A DNA stretch of 64,000 nt from the NCBI GenBank assembly GCA_964016885.1, contig OZ024753.1, positions 40,548,001-40,612,000 on the forward strand, in the 5' to 3' direction. A model generated the notes under the pieces. That model ran no database searches. It was given only the letters and a program-made list of their open reading frames with translations, and had not been told where the DNA came from. Numbering within the stretch: the first letter of the stretch is position 1; each line of letters opens with the position of its first letter. A program made the position numbers and the translations under genes. The DNA comes from Eledone cirrhosa (Eukaryota). This document shows positions 51,546-64,000 of the stretch, piece by piece.

Positions 51546-51864
51546 CTTGTTGTTGTTGTTCTGATTAGTGCTATATTTTCTCAACAGATGGTGATAAGAA
51601 AAATCTAAAAAAAAATATTCAATAAATGTTCTTATCTCTCTATGTTCTGTATGTCACATCTCCCCATTACACTGTTCAAACATACACAGATGCATAAATA
51701 CATATTTACATGCATCCATATATATATATATATATATATGCACACATATACACATGCATACATATATACATACATACCTTTATATATATACATGCATTAC
51801 ATACATATATATACACTCATATATAAATACGCACATGCATATATATATATATATATATATATAT

Positions 51865-52070
51865 ACGGTATTCCGGGTTGAATCGGAGGTAACCACAGTA
51901 AGTAAGGTACTCAATACATTGCAGAGTATAAAAGTTTTAATATAGATGAGATTCTACAGGACTAGAACTGTTTCATTCTTTAGAAATCATCAAGAATCGC
52001 TTTCCTGATGATTTCCTGATGATTTCTAAAGAATGAAACAGTTCTAGTCCTGTAGAATCTCATCTATATA
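51865..52070. mobile_element. Family B fold-back element with hammerhead motifs on both strands
   Basis: Inverted arms. CTGATGA is duplicated at 52005 and 52016; the minus copy reads gattc-TTGATGA. Confidence 0.85.
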
Positions 52071-52557
52071 TAGAGGGTTGTTTATTGGTGAAGGTCTCAA
52101 TACTAAAGTAGAGCCAATTTCATTTTACCCTCTCTGTGTTTCTATGTTTACATTAAGGGTTATGCTGGCCTAAAAGCCAATGTTATTTATGCTGTGTTTC
52201 TTTGTGTCCTATAATTAGGGTCTCCGATAGAGACTTTGTAAGGTAAAAGTGGACTATTTTTGGATCATTGAGTAAGAAGCCCCTCCTCTTAAAATGCATC
52301 AAGCAGAGAGGTTTAGAACGTTCAGGTTCAGATATTCACGGGCCTCTCACTAGCTCTCTGGATTCTGGTCTAATCCATTTGCTGAACATTCATTATATAG
52401 GTCCTCTTTGTAACTTAGCCGTTCGACAAATAGTATTAAATAAAATATGTCATACTTATTGCGGTTGTCTCGATTAATTGCTCGAAAATGTTTCCCGTAG
52501 CACGGCTACAATTCAATGACTTAAATTTATAAAATAGTAAATGTGTGTGTGTATATA

Positions 52558-52650
52558 CATGTAGACACCTGTACATGTAGACGCCTAAATGTAGACACCT
52601 GTACATGTAGACGCCTAAATGTAGACACCTATACATGTAGACACCTAAAC
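52558..52650. repeat. 30-bp tandem repeat, 3 copies (16+14 subunits)
   Basis: ATGTAGACACCTGTAC-ATGTAGACGCCTAA. Confidence 0.9.
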
Positions 52651-52778
52651 ACAAATGCACACACATATACACCCTCTAACTCACACATAAATAGTGAACG
52701 AAAATACAACAGGACGGTCGATATATGATACAAATTAAAGTTATTAATTTGGCAGTCATGACAGTTGAAAAGATATAT

Positions 52779-52813
52779 CGTTGATGTTTCGACATATATC
52801 CTTCTTCGGAAGG
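52779..52813 (-). ncRNA. Minimal hammerhead-like motif with a CCGAAGA core
   Basis: CCUU-CCGAAGA-ag GAU auau GUC-GAAACAUC|AACG; helices are imperfect. Confidence 0.5.
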
Positions 52814-52965
52814 TAACAAAATTATTATTATTACCATTCTGATTCTTACGGATACCGACAACGGTGAAGCACGAAAAGTTGAATCCCAGATAAACCCGGG
52901 CCCAGATATTACCACTGAGTGCTCAAACTGGTGAACCATAAGGAATTAAACATTACACAACAATA

Positions 52966-53007
<42 letters not shown>

Positions 53008-53094
53008 TTTTTGTGTCTATATGTATGTGTTTATGTGTGTGTGTGTGTGTATGCATGTTTGCATATGTATGCCAAGATATATGAAGCATGGCGT

Positions 53095-53226
53095 CTGAGA
53101 TTAAGATTCACAAATTGTTAGTCCGCCGAGGTTGACTTTGCCTTTCATCCTTACGGGGTCGATAAAATAAAGTACCAGTAATGCACTGGGTAATTGCTGG
53201 CCTTGTGCCTAAAGTAGAAACAATTA
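53095..53226 (+). mobile_element. tRNA-derived SINE, 3' part
   Basis: Core and tail match the family. Confidence 0.88.
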
Positions 53227-54315
53227 TATTAACCAATTAACTTTGTAGACACTGGGATATTAATTATTAATAAAGATAGACATTGCTACCCTTAAATACG
53301 TAATGTTACTTTGGAAATTCGTAACTAAATAATCTTTTCTTCACAATTTTCCTTAGAATATACAGTATATATAGTATGTGTTTATATTTATGTTTATGAT
53401 TCGCCCATGTTTGTATACAGTTCATCTAGGTTTTCTTTGCGTTACGTTCAATTTATTTGGTTTGTTTGTGTGGTATGTTTGTGTAGACGTGTTTACAGAT
53501 GTAGCATCCAAGTATGTAGGAGTAACATTTAACAAAAAAAAAAAGACGAAATCAAGGAGAGAAAGAAGAACGAAAGATTAAAACAGCAAACAACACGAAA
53601 ATAACAACAATGGCAACAATAATAACAAACTAACAACTGTAAAAGACAGGTAAACAAGAGTAGAATTAGCCTTTAGTGAAATCAAAAAAGAGATGATCAA
53701 ATCTTATTGTTATGTATTTTCCTTTATTCACCACAACTTTCTTAGTGTTCTTAATACTTTTCACACCTGTATTGATTTCTATCTTCAATGCAATTGCCGG
53801 TAACAATAGCAAATTTAACAGGTGTGTTATCAGCCGAAAAACAAACAAACAAACAGCAACAACAAAAATAATAAACATTGACAATAGTAAAATAATAAAA
53901 AATAGAAATATATTTAGAAAAAATAAAATATATATATATATATATATAAAGAAATAAAAATGATAAATAAATAAAGTAGTTTGATAAATAAAAAGTAAAA
54001 TTAAATAAAGTAATGATTACAATAAATAAATTAAGATAAATAATAATATGATTGGGGAATAACAAAGGAAATAATTGTGATAGGAAGTTTAACGGTGGAG
54101 AAATATGTCATAACATTGTTGTGACTGAAATAAAAGGGAGAAGAAAATAAGACTCTACTTCTACTACTACTACTAGTAGTAGTAAAATAACAAATAAGAG
54201 CTGATGTGTGTGTCTATATATATATATATGATGTATATTTGTAAACATATATACAAACATATATACATGCATATATATATATATTTAGGTTTGAGGTTCA
54301 CCACTATGTATGTTT

Positions 54316-54353
<38 letters not shown>

Positions 54354-54387
54354 TTGTAAACATAAATACACACATATATACATATCC

Positions 54388-54440
<53 letters not shown>

Positions 54441-54443
<3 letters not shown>

Positions 54444-54559
54444 CGAAGGAAATGTGGTAAGGAACCAGATGGACCATAACGCACCAAAGTACTCAATACT
54501 TAGGGTAGTAGAGTGGGTAATTGAAACAAGTATGAGCTTTGCCGTCGGTCATACTTGTT

Positions 54560-54563
<4 letters not shown>
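54441..54563. mobile_element. Family A element with a collapsed centre
   Basis: Matches 26860-27042 with the ribozyme part deleted. Confidence 0.85.
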
Positions 54564-54623
<60 letters not shown>

Positions 54624-54824
54624 GAGAGAGAGAGGGAGAAATAGGGAGATGACACATGTGGAGGTGTCGAAAAGTTTGTTCTATAAATAGTTTATAGGTG
54701 AACTAAGGTTACACGGAAATACAGATTTATTTCCAAATATACACATATTCAATATATTTAGATACCTGAACAATCTCTCTTCCTCTCACACCCCTTATGC
54801 CAAGTGTTAAAACAGTTATTTATA

Positions 54825-54985
54825 GAGCGGTAGATTGTCAGAATCGGTAGAGCATCCGACAAAATGATTTGCGGTATTTAGTTACGATTTTCTACGTTCT
54901 GTGTTCAATTCTCGACGAGGTCAGCTTTGCTGTTCATGTTTCCGGAGTCGTTAAAATAAAGAATAAAGTACCAGTTAAATATTAG
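54825..54985 (+). mobile_element. Diverged SINE
   Basis: A box (gtcagaatcgg), B box (gtgttcaattc) and core. Confidence 0.75.
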
Positions 54986-55499
54986 GGTAGGTTTGACGGG
55001 ATATCATTGTCAGTGTGAACATATATGTCTTAACTGATTGTGACCAGATCAATGTCATTTAGTGTGTCTCTACATGACTATCGTACATCTTATACGTTTC
55101 CACATCAAACGTTCGACGTATGTCGTATTTACAAATCTGCCGACTTGATGACGTCTCATCGTTATAAAAATTAGGTCCTGTGCAGCTACAATCAAGCATT
55201 GTGTTCTTGCTTTTGGTTCATATGTTATTAACCATTGTTGGATGGTTTCTTTGTATGGACCATTGGGATATATTGGATATGGTTTGTAATCTGTCCGATT
55301 TGGATATTCAGTTGTTATTTATTTAATGGTTATCGTCAATATCTCAAGATGAACAACTCTGAAGAGAATCATAAGTCTAGTAGTATCAATAGAAGTTAGC
55401 AAAGTCTTAAACAATAGAGGAAAGTAGATTTGATGAGAAGGTTTAGCATCGATTACAAGAATCGAGTTGGAGACAAATGAATCCAAAGTAAATCACTTC

Positions 55500-55655
55500 G
55501 GAATGTACCGGCGTCGAAGACGCTAGTTTTTCCCTAAAATAAGTCTAAAAAATCTACCAAGAGGCCGAAAGTTGTTTATTATTCTTTTCAAATTTGTGAT
55601 TGTCAAAATTAGGGTGCGTCCTTGAGGATGAAGTCTCTTTAGCGCCGGGAAATAC

Positions 55656-55660
<5 letters not shown>
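55500..55660. mobile_element. Tc1/mariner-pogo-like MITE remnant
   Basis: The right end is the reverse complement of TA-CCGTATTTCCGGCG; the degenerate left end is ccggcgtcgaagacgc. Confidence 0.55.
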
Positions 55661-55704
<44 letters not shown>

Positions 55705-57195
55705 TTGTTTGTTATTACACATATTATATGCAGGAGGCAACATTGAGGGGATACCACGTGATTGAATCTGTCACTCACCTCCAAAACAACGATCTGATTG
55801 TCTTTTGTAACAAGGCAAGTGAACTCAGTGTTTGTTTTAGTTTTTCTTTTTTCTATTTATTTTAAAAGTTATCTCCCTTCTTTTTCAGGTTGGTAACAAC
55901 TGCTGTTGGGTTTTGTTTTCTTCCTTTGATCGTGAAATACATTTTATTCATGGCAGCTGTCGACAAATATTTGTGTGTCTGTGTGTGTGTCTGTGTTTGT
56001 ATGAGAGTGAGTGTATGTACGTGAGTGCGTGAGAGAGAAATATACACAGAGAGAAAGAAAGAGAGTAGGTGAGAGAGAGAGAACGAGAGAGAGAGTAGGT
56101 GAGAGAGTGTGAACGAGAGAGAACGAGAGAGAGAGTAGGTGAGAGAGTGTGAATGAGCGAGAGTTGGGGAGAGACGGAGAGAGAGAAAGGTAGGGATTAC
56201 TTATGTCTATTATATGAGTACGTCAGTACGTTGGCGAGGAAGATACAGAGAGAGAAATAATGAAATATGAAGTAGGCGAGAGAGAGAACGAGAGAGAGAG
56301 AGAGAGAGAGAGAGGGGGAGAGTAGGCAAGAGAGAGAGAGAGAGAGGGGGAGAGTAGGCAAGAGAGAGAGAGAGAGTGTGTGAATGAGTTGCGGAGAGAT
56401 GGAAAGGGAGAATAAAAGGTAGGGCTTACATATGTCTATATATCTATATGTCACACCATCGACTGCTTCTATATATCTCTGTAGTTATGCAACAGATATT
56501 GGAGCGATGGGAAGTGGGTAATTCTATAAACATATCAGGCATGTTTCCTTTCTTTCTAGTACAATCTATATATGTTACAATATCAAGATTCGGCCATTTG
56601 CTCTTGTAATTATTATTTATATTTTTTGTGTTGTTGTTTTTGTTCTTTAATTGGAAAAGCAAAAATGATCTGCTGGAAACATTTTCTGCAAATAACTTTC
56701 CTGCTGCAAGTGCAATTTGCTATTCCCGTGAGAAATTAGACCAACAGCTAAGAAATTTACTACATATCCTATTTCTCTTTGAGTTTCTATAATCAAGATT
56801 GCTTTGGGTTTTTTTTACACAAGCAAACTTTTCTCTATTAATAGGTATTTAAATTTGCTAAGTTGCTATATATATATATATATATATATAGTATAAAAAA
56901 CGAAAATTCAGTGATGCATCTGGACTCAATTTATTGCGTGTTACAATTGTTTCGCCGGCAGGTAGCTCGAGACATGATCACTGTATGGATCTGGCTGATT
57001 CTATGGCTGCAGGTTCCTTCAGACACGGGTAGTTTGTTCGGAGCAAATTTTATCACTGTAACACGCAATAATTTGAGTCAAGATGCATCACTGATTTTTC
57101 GTTTTTTTATACTATCCACACTCTCCTCTGTTGAATATTGAGTGCTAATTTTGGCATACCGCCTATGGAAGCACCATAGCTACCATTATACACAA

Positions 57196-57238
<43 letters not shown>

Positions 57239-57283
57239 TAAATTTCTACACACACATATATATATAGATATATGTGTGTTTGC

Positions 57284-57333
<50 letters not shown>

Positions 57334-57750
57334 GTGTGTGTGTGTTTGTTTGAGTGTGTCTATAAGTCATATTTGTTTCAACAATTGTTGAACATATTTT
57401 TCTACGTTTATATGAAGGAAAAAAAACATGTTGAATGTTTGTTAAAAATATCATGTTTCCATCTTAAAGCAATTACCTGTTGATTGATGTCTTGTTATTA
57501 GATGCAGTATTGATTACCTGCAATCAGATACTGGCTAGAGTGAAGCTCGTGTTTAAGGATTCCAATATTCACTTATCTTTGTCTATCTTGTTTTTAATTT
57601 ATCAACATTATATTTCCATATTTTCCTTGTCTCTGCCACTACCATCAACATCACTTATCCATCATGTAAGCTGATTTGTCTCTAGTGATGCAGACTATAG
57701 TAAAACATAGTATACAAACAGCTTATCTTAAAGGACACTCCAGCGCTTAC

Positions 57751-57813
57751 CCCCAGCTGGCTGGATGGAGAAGACATTGCGCCGAAGGTCGCATTTGTAG
57801 GTAGCCAGCCACG
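57751..57813 (-). other. Candidate 63-nt internal exon
   Basis: Acceptor ctgctctctactattgcAG, donor G|GTAAGC, length divisible by 3, no stop in any frame, locally GC-rich; no recognisable protein. Confidence 0.3.
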
Positions 57814-59074
57814 CTGCAATAGTAGAGAGCAGGGATTTGTTTCAGGGGCCAGGAACGCCAGAAGTTTCCAATTTTTTGTTCAAGGAAATTAGGGACTCAT
57901 TCCATTATATAGATTACTTGATGTGGATGAACCTGATTCATTAAATACCAAAATTCATAATCGGGAAGAGAACTGTTTAACAGCTCTGTTATGCTGCCAG
58001 TTGGATTAGATGAAAATATTGATTAATACGGAGAGAGAGAACGAGAGAGGGCGCATGCGTGATATAGTGTGAAGACATGAAAAATGAATAAAAAGGAAAA
58101 CAATTTTAACAACCCTAGGACCCACACCATTCTATCTCCCATTAAAAACTAATCAGAATTTTACAAACACAAAAAAAAGAAAAATATAATAAAACCATTC
58201 GACAATAGATAGACCTATATATATATATATGTGTGTGTATACATATATATATATATATACATATATAAACTTGTATATATATATATATAGAGAGAGAGAG
58301 AGAATAGAGAGAGACAAATATGTATATACATTCAACAATACATAAACCTGCATATATATGTATGTATATGTATATATACAACTATATATACACACATACA
58401 TATATATATATATATAGAGAGAGAGAGTGAGTTGGTGAGAGAGAGAAAGACGTGTGTATGTGTGTGAGAGAGAAACGGGGAAAGTATGTGTATTATGCGT
58501 ATGTGTTTGTGTGAGAGAGAGAGGCGGGGAAGTATGTGTGTGTGAGAGAGAGAGAGAAAGAGAGGGAAAGTATGTGTGTTTGTGTGGGAGAGAGAGGGAG
58601 TGTGTATGTGAGAGAGAGAGAGAGAGAGAGAGATAAACAAGTGATTACACTGATTACACCGCCATGTTATTAATGTATTTATCAAATATTTTCGAATCAA
58701 TGTTGAATCTCTTTCAAGTCATGTTATTTCCAACTTTCTAAAAGAGCATCTAGTGTCAATGTTGATGTTTATATTATGAAAAAACATTTATTAAAATACC
58801 AATATCACCATGTTCATTGATATAAACAGAGTTGAATGGTGACTGTTGTGTTTGTAGGTAAATAAACTGATTAGTTTGAGAGTGAAGTGAGTCTATGTCA
58901 GTTGGTGAAACCCTACTCGGAAACATAAAAGTACAAGGGTGGGCTGAAAAATGTACAGGCTGGCTATGAAGGAGTGATGCTAGAGGTCTGAAATCTTGCA
59001 TACATATATTTCAACTTTTTTTTATTAATAACTTCATTGTTTATTTCGTATATATATATATAGTAATAATAATA

Positions 59075-59296
59075 AATTTGAAGACTAAAATCCAAAGAGG
59101 GCTCGATAAGGATAAATATATATCAAATATATAAGAACCGTAGAGCAAATATTTATTAAAATAACAGATTAAAGTTTAAGCAAAGAATCGCTGCTTTCAC
59201 CCTTAACAGGATCTTCTGAAACTAAGGTTAGTTTCAGAAGATCCCGTTAAGGGTGAAAGCAGCGATTCTTTGCTTAAACTTTAATCTGTTATTTTA

Positions 59297-59305
<9 letters not shown>
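59075..59305. mobile_element. Family G palindrome (arms 59148-59225 and 59228-59305)
   Basis: 78-bp arms with a 2-nt loop and about 1 mismatch, flanked by (TA)n. Confidence 0.9.
59230..59280 (+). ncRNA. Hammerhead fold with a CAGAAGA core (mirror copy on the minus strand)
   Basis: AGUUU-CAGAAGA-u CCC guuaa GGG u-GAA-AGCA gcgauucuu UGCU-U|AAACU; all three helices pair. Confidence 0.7.
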
Positions 59306-59342
<37 letters not shown>

Positions 59343-59454
59343 TAGAGAAGAGAATGGTTGTGTAGTTGCTAGTTAAAGTAGCCTTAAAAATAATAAGAAG
59401 AAAGCAAGAACGGGGGAGGGGGAGTTTTCCTCATCAGTTGTCTACTGGGAGTTT

Positions 59455-59503
<49 letters not shown>

Positions 59504-59505
<2 letters not shown>

Positions 59506-59585
59506 CACGGGATGTCTCCGAGAAAGGTATATTGACTTCAACAACATTCTAATAAATATGTGTATACATTTTTGGGACACCCTAT
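59504..59585. mobile_element. Tiny mariner-like MITE
   Basis: Imperfect terminal inverted repeats (cacgggatgtctccgagaaaggtata / tatacatttttgggacacccta) between TA dinucleotides. Confidence 0.55.
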
Positions 59586-59641
59586 ATCTATATATAAAAT
59601 AAAAAGACAATTTGTAATGTCATCATTATGTTTATATATAT

Positions 59642-59706
<65 letters not shown>

Positions 59707-59881
59707 TATTGAAATTTCCGTTGAAAACAGAAAAGGTCATAGAAGTGAAGAGTGCTCTATGTAAGTACCAGAGCAAAATTTAATGTATAAAAATCAATAC
59801 AATATAATTACCTCATTACCAGAGGTGTCCCGAATGAGGCGAATACGAAAGAAACGTCTTCATTCGTTCGTCATATATATA

Positions 59882-59995
59882 TATTGTTATACTTGGGGCG
59901 GGTCATATTTGTGTAATATTTCCAGAATTAATAACAGAACACACTCACTGTTTAGTTGGTTTTCGCTTTTCGCTTCTGTGTCTTTTATATCGGTA
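59882..59995. mobile_element. Interspersed repeat fragment
   Basis: Reverse-complement match to 19740-19848. Confidence 0.7.
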
Positions 59996-60683
59996 ATCTA
60001 ATTTATTCGGTCCTCAATGTTGCCATTGACTGACCAACGGTCAAAAATAATACAGATACAATATAGACACAAACACATATATATATAGTTTATCATAAAT
60101 CTTTGCATAAATCGTTGCACATCTGCAACATCGTCATGTATAAGTATACATAAACACACAGATACATACATATATTAAATATATGAAAATTCCGCTCAAA
60201 TTATCCCTTGCATCGGACCAGATAGTTGTAAAGGAAATACTTTAGTGCAATTCCAAACATTACACTGAATCACATATCTCTAGGCTCTTGTATACGTTAT
60301 ACGCTAGGATATTAGTGCTCACAGTACAAGCAGCTGGAATAAAGTTGGTCTTATTCCAACAGCGAGAACAAGCATATATAGAGAGACGGGTTGATGACCG
60401 GAGATTCTTGCAAACAAACATGAACAGATCATGGGATTCAATAACAGATGCAACTTACCATGTGAACAAACTTCTATTCGTAGCAACGGTGACGTATTCA
60501 CAACTACATGTTACGTGTATTGACCAGTGAGAGAGATGGATCTCAATTATTGTTGTGGTTGTTGGTCGTGCTGGTGGTTGTTATTGTTGTTGTTGTTGTT
60601 CTTGGTAGTGGTTGTTGTTGTTGTTGTTGGTAGTGGCGGTTCTAATAGCAGTAATTTAGTGTTGGCTGTAAACAAATTATTAT

Positions 60684-60910
60684 AAATCCTTTAGCATTTA
60701 AATCGGCCATATCCGGCCAGAATACTCTCATTTCTTTCTGTTCAAACTGGCTGTAACTGGCCAATCATACTGATGTTAACGTATTGTTCTCAAAATAAAT
60801 AATAGCAAAATCTCATAGATTCGATATTATGTGAGATAATTATGTAAGATAAAGCCACTTCTGTCAAAATACAATAGTAAATAAAGAGTAGTGTAAATGC
60901 TAAAGGGTTA
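60684..60910. mobile_element. piggyBac-like MITE
   Basis: Terminal inverted repeats CCTTTAGCATTTA and TAAATGCTAAAGGG followed by TTA, consistent with a decayed TTAA target. Confidence 0.65.
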
Positions 60911-61018
60911 CGGACAGAAAATAGTTTAATAAACCATAAAAGCAAATGGAATATTTTGTATAAAAAACAATCGATCATACGTACATCTATTTATAAGTAT
61001 ACATGCACACACACACAC

Positions 61019-61061
<43 letters not shown>

Positions 61062-61090
61062 TGCCATAGGGATACAGACAGTACATCGCC

Positions 61091-61170
61091 TTTTGAATAT
61101 CATAGTTTTGAGTATCATAACTTTTGAATATCATAGTTTTCAATATCATAACTTTTGAATATCATAGTTT
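61091..61170. repeat. Alternating 15/16-bp minisatellite
   Basis: TTTTGAATATCATAG alternates with TTTTGAGTATCATAAC-type units. Confidence 0.9.
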
Positions 61171-61225
61171 AGAGTTCACAGACCTATCAATATCTCGATC
61201 CTAGGTGGAAAATATTGCATCAATA

Positions 61226-61321
61226 TAATTGTTTCTACATTTGACACAAGGCCAGCAATTATCCCAGTATATTACTGGTACTTTATCTTATCGACCGTAA
61301 GGATGAAAGGCAAAGTTAACC
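61226..61321 (-). mobile_element. SINE 3' part
   Basis: Core and tail match the family. Confidence 0.85.
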
Positions 61322-61393
61322 GGTTCATTAAATATAATACTTAAGTAAGATAAATATATTTCCCTCATTACTGACGAGTTGTTTACACTCGTG

Positions 61394-61428
<35 letters not shown>

Positions 61429-61835
61429 TTATATATATATATTTATATATATATTTATATATATATATATATATTTGTTAGCGTTTGTGTTTTTGTGTGT
61501 ATGTATATTCGAGCATAATCGTTCCAACACCTGCTAAACCTCCTGAAGGTGCTTCATTACTCGAAAACCAATTTTAGAAAACCAAGACAAGTTCTCTTTA
61601 AATATTTTTACTTCTGTTTCTTCAATTTTTCTTTTTTGCTATAGAACTTTTATACTTGCTGGCACCATTATAGTTCGTTAGATTAGGGTCAGTCTTTAAT
61701 CGAAGTCTTCTGTTGGGTCTTATATTTTTTCTTTCCATTTCAGAGTTAACTCTCTCTCCTGTAAAATGTGATAAGGAATATTTTCTTTGGCTAGAGAGCG
61801 AGAAAAACACAAAGCGAGAGAAGTATGTGTGTGTA

Positions 61836-62021
61836 TATATATATATTTATATATATATATAATTATATATATTTATATATATATATATATTTATATATAT
61901 GTATATATTTCTATATATATATTTCTATATATATATTTCTATATATATATATATATATATTTCTATATATATATTTATATATATATTTATATATATATTT
62001 ATATATATATTTATATATATT

Positions 62022-62098
<77 letters not shown>

Positions 62099-62292
62099 AT
62101 ATTTATTTATATATATATATATATTTATTTATATATATTTATTTATATATATTTATATATATTTATATATTTATATTTATATTTATATATATTTATATAT
62201 TTATATTTATATATATATTCATACATATTTATATATATATATTTATATATATATTTATATATATTTATATATATATATATATATATATATAA
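61836..62292. repeat. (TA)n/TTTA compound microsatellite
   Basis: Directly visible. Confidence 0.95.
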
Positions 62293-62516
62293 TAGAGAGA
62301 GAGAGAGAGTGGCTATATTTTGTTTTTTTTCTTACAACTCGAATCATGACATTAAGAGATGTTGAAGTGACTTTGATCAAAAGCAATCTAGTTAATCCAT
62401 GGAGAATGAGAACTCTTGCAGGTGCACAATTCAGCTAATGAGCAGACCAGCTTAAAACAACTGGGATGTTGCATCTCTGTTTTATTATTATTATTTCTAT
62501 TATGAAAAATTATTAT

Positions 62517-62553
<37 letters not shown>

Positions 62554-63581
62554 GTTTTGTTTGTTGTGGAAGTACACGTTTATAGAATTCTTTTACATAA
62601 GGTGGTCTCCTCTGGGATTATTTGACAAAAAATAGTTATCTTCTCATTTGTCTTCGGAATATATGAACAAAAACCGAATTTAAGATGGTTAAAAAGTTTT
62701 TACCGAAACATTGTTTTAAGCATGTATATATTATGTATATAGCATGTATATATTATGTATATATTATGTAATGTTATATGTATTTCAAAATAGCTTCAGA
62801 ATTTGTTGGAAATGGAACTCTCCTCTGAGGTGGTGGTAATAGCCTTCATGGCCTAAATACAAACACCCCTTTCTGTTATTCTTAAATATTAAAGGTGGAC
62901 GATATGTTGCTCGAAATATTCTCATCTTTGAGAAATGGAGGATGGGTTTAGAAGACGGAACTCTCCTTGCTTTAAATGTGCGTTAACAATATAAGTAATA
63001 TCTCTGACAATTTTACGAAAAACAGCAATTTTTCACGAACGCCGTTACCAAAATGAATTCCCAATTTCGAATACAAATGTCATTAAACAGAGATATTGAT
63101 TCGCAGCAAGAACGCAAACGAGACCAACCACATCAGCCCGGACAACAATGGTTTCATTCTTGTCAGCAAAATAAAAGAAGACCAACAGTTTCAGGCACAC
63201 CACAAGCACAGATATGCGTAGATATATAAATGTAATTCTACACTAGCATTCTATACTGGTATAGAGAACACTTTGAGTAACAATTTAATTGGGTCTCTTT
63301 GGGCTTCGACAAAGTCAAGGTGAGTAGTTATTAGAATAGTGTTTACTGATTAATTCTACAAATTCTTATTCACTGCTTCAAGGGACCACACCCTTTTGTT
63401 TTGGGTTAATATGCTGCACCATAAGGAAATGCCATCCATACTAAGTTTATTGAGAAATATGTCATCAAGTTCAATGTAAAACAGACTCTGCTTATAAAAC
63501 TCCTATAAACTCCCAAACTAATGTGGCATGATTCCTTGAGAGCCACGTGTAGGTAAAGGGTGTGGTTGAATATTTATTCAA

Positions 63582-63652
63582 TCATCATCATCAACATCAT
63601 CTTCACCATCATAATCATCATCATCGTCGGCATCATCGTTGTCATCGTCATC

Positions 63653-63683
<31 letters not shown>

Positions 63684-63820
63684 ACACCATCATAATTTTC
63701 ATCATCGTCATCATCGTTATCGTCGTCATCATCATCCTGATCTTCATTATCATCATCATCATCATCATCGTGATCATCATCATCGTCATCATCATCATTA
63801 TCACCATAATCATCATCACC
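63582..63820. repeat. (CAT)n-derived tract
   Basis: Directly visible; poly-H, poly-I and poly-M ORFs are artefacts. Confidence 0.93.
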
Positions 63821-63945
63821 GTTTGTCTCCTACAGAGAATATTCATATTAATAGGGAGGACATTAGCTACAGTATACAAAACTGCGAGACGTAGGGTGGG
63901 GCAATGTGTTTGTGAGAGAATTAAAGAAATGGTGCGAAAGTAAAA

Positions 63946-64000
63946 TAATTGTTTCTATTTTTGGCACAAGGCCAGCAATTACCCAGTACATTACTGGTAC
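63946..64000 (-). mobile_element. SINE 3' end cut by the window edge
   Basis: ggcacaaggccagcaattacccagtacattactggtac. Confidence 0.85.

Noticed and set aside
56974-57141. Signal-peptide-like ORF MITVWIWLILWLQVPSDTG
   Set aside because: It is short, with no recognisable domain or convincing donor site.
60288-60530. 80-aa non-repetitive ORF
   Set aside because: No recognisable homology, true ATG start or splice support.
61545-61580. CTGAAGG...GAAAAC motif
   Set aside because: The core is mutated and no consistent helices form.

Overview
AT-rich eukaryotic intergenic or intronic DNA, most likely from an octopus or other coleoid cephalopod (inferred from the tRNA-derived SINE family, not verified). 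No intact protein-coding gene is supported: nearly all listed ORFs are translations of (TA)n, (CA)n, (GA)n, (CAC)n or (CAT)n microsatellites. The window holds about 15 copies of a tRNA/Meta-domain-type SINE, several RTE-clade LINE remnants, small DNA-transposon MITEs, an 85-bp satellite, a 137-bp tandem repeat and a 6-kb (TA)nTGAA array. One LINE copy has a clean twin-priming inversion and a 9-bp target-site duplication. The main result is a dense set of short non-coding elements from roughly eight sequence families, embedded in (TA)n tracts. They carry type I hammerhead ribozyme motifs (CUGANGA-helix II-GAAA-helix III-NUH), show helix I covariation and include unusual core variants (CCGAAGA, CAGAAGA, U-U at the base of helix II). 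Many are fold-back palindromes centred just upstream of, or inside, the ribozyme. They look like Penelope-like/retrozyme-type modules inserted into (TA)n by priming from both DNA ends. All structures were folded by eye, so catalytic activity and novelty are untested.
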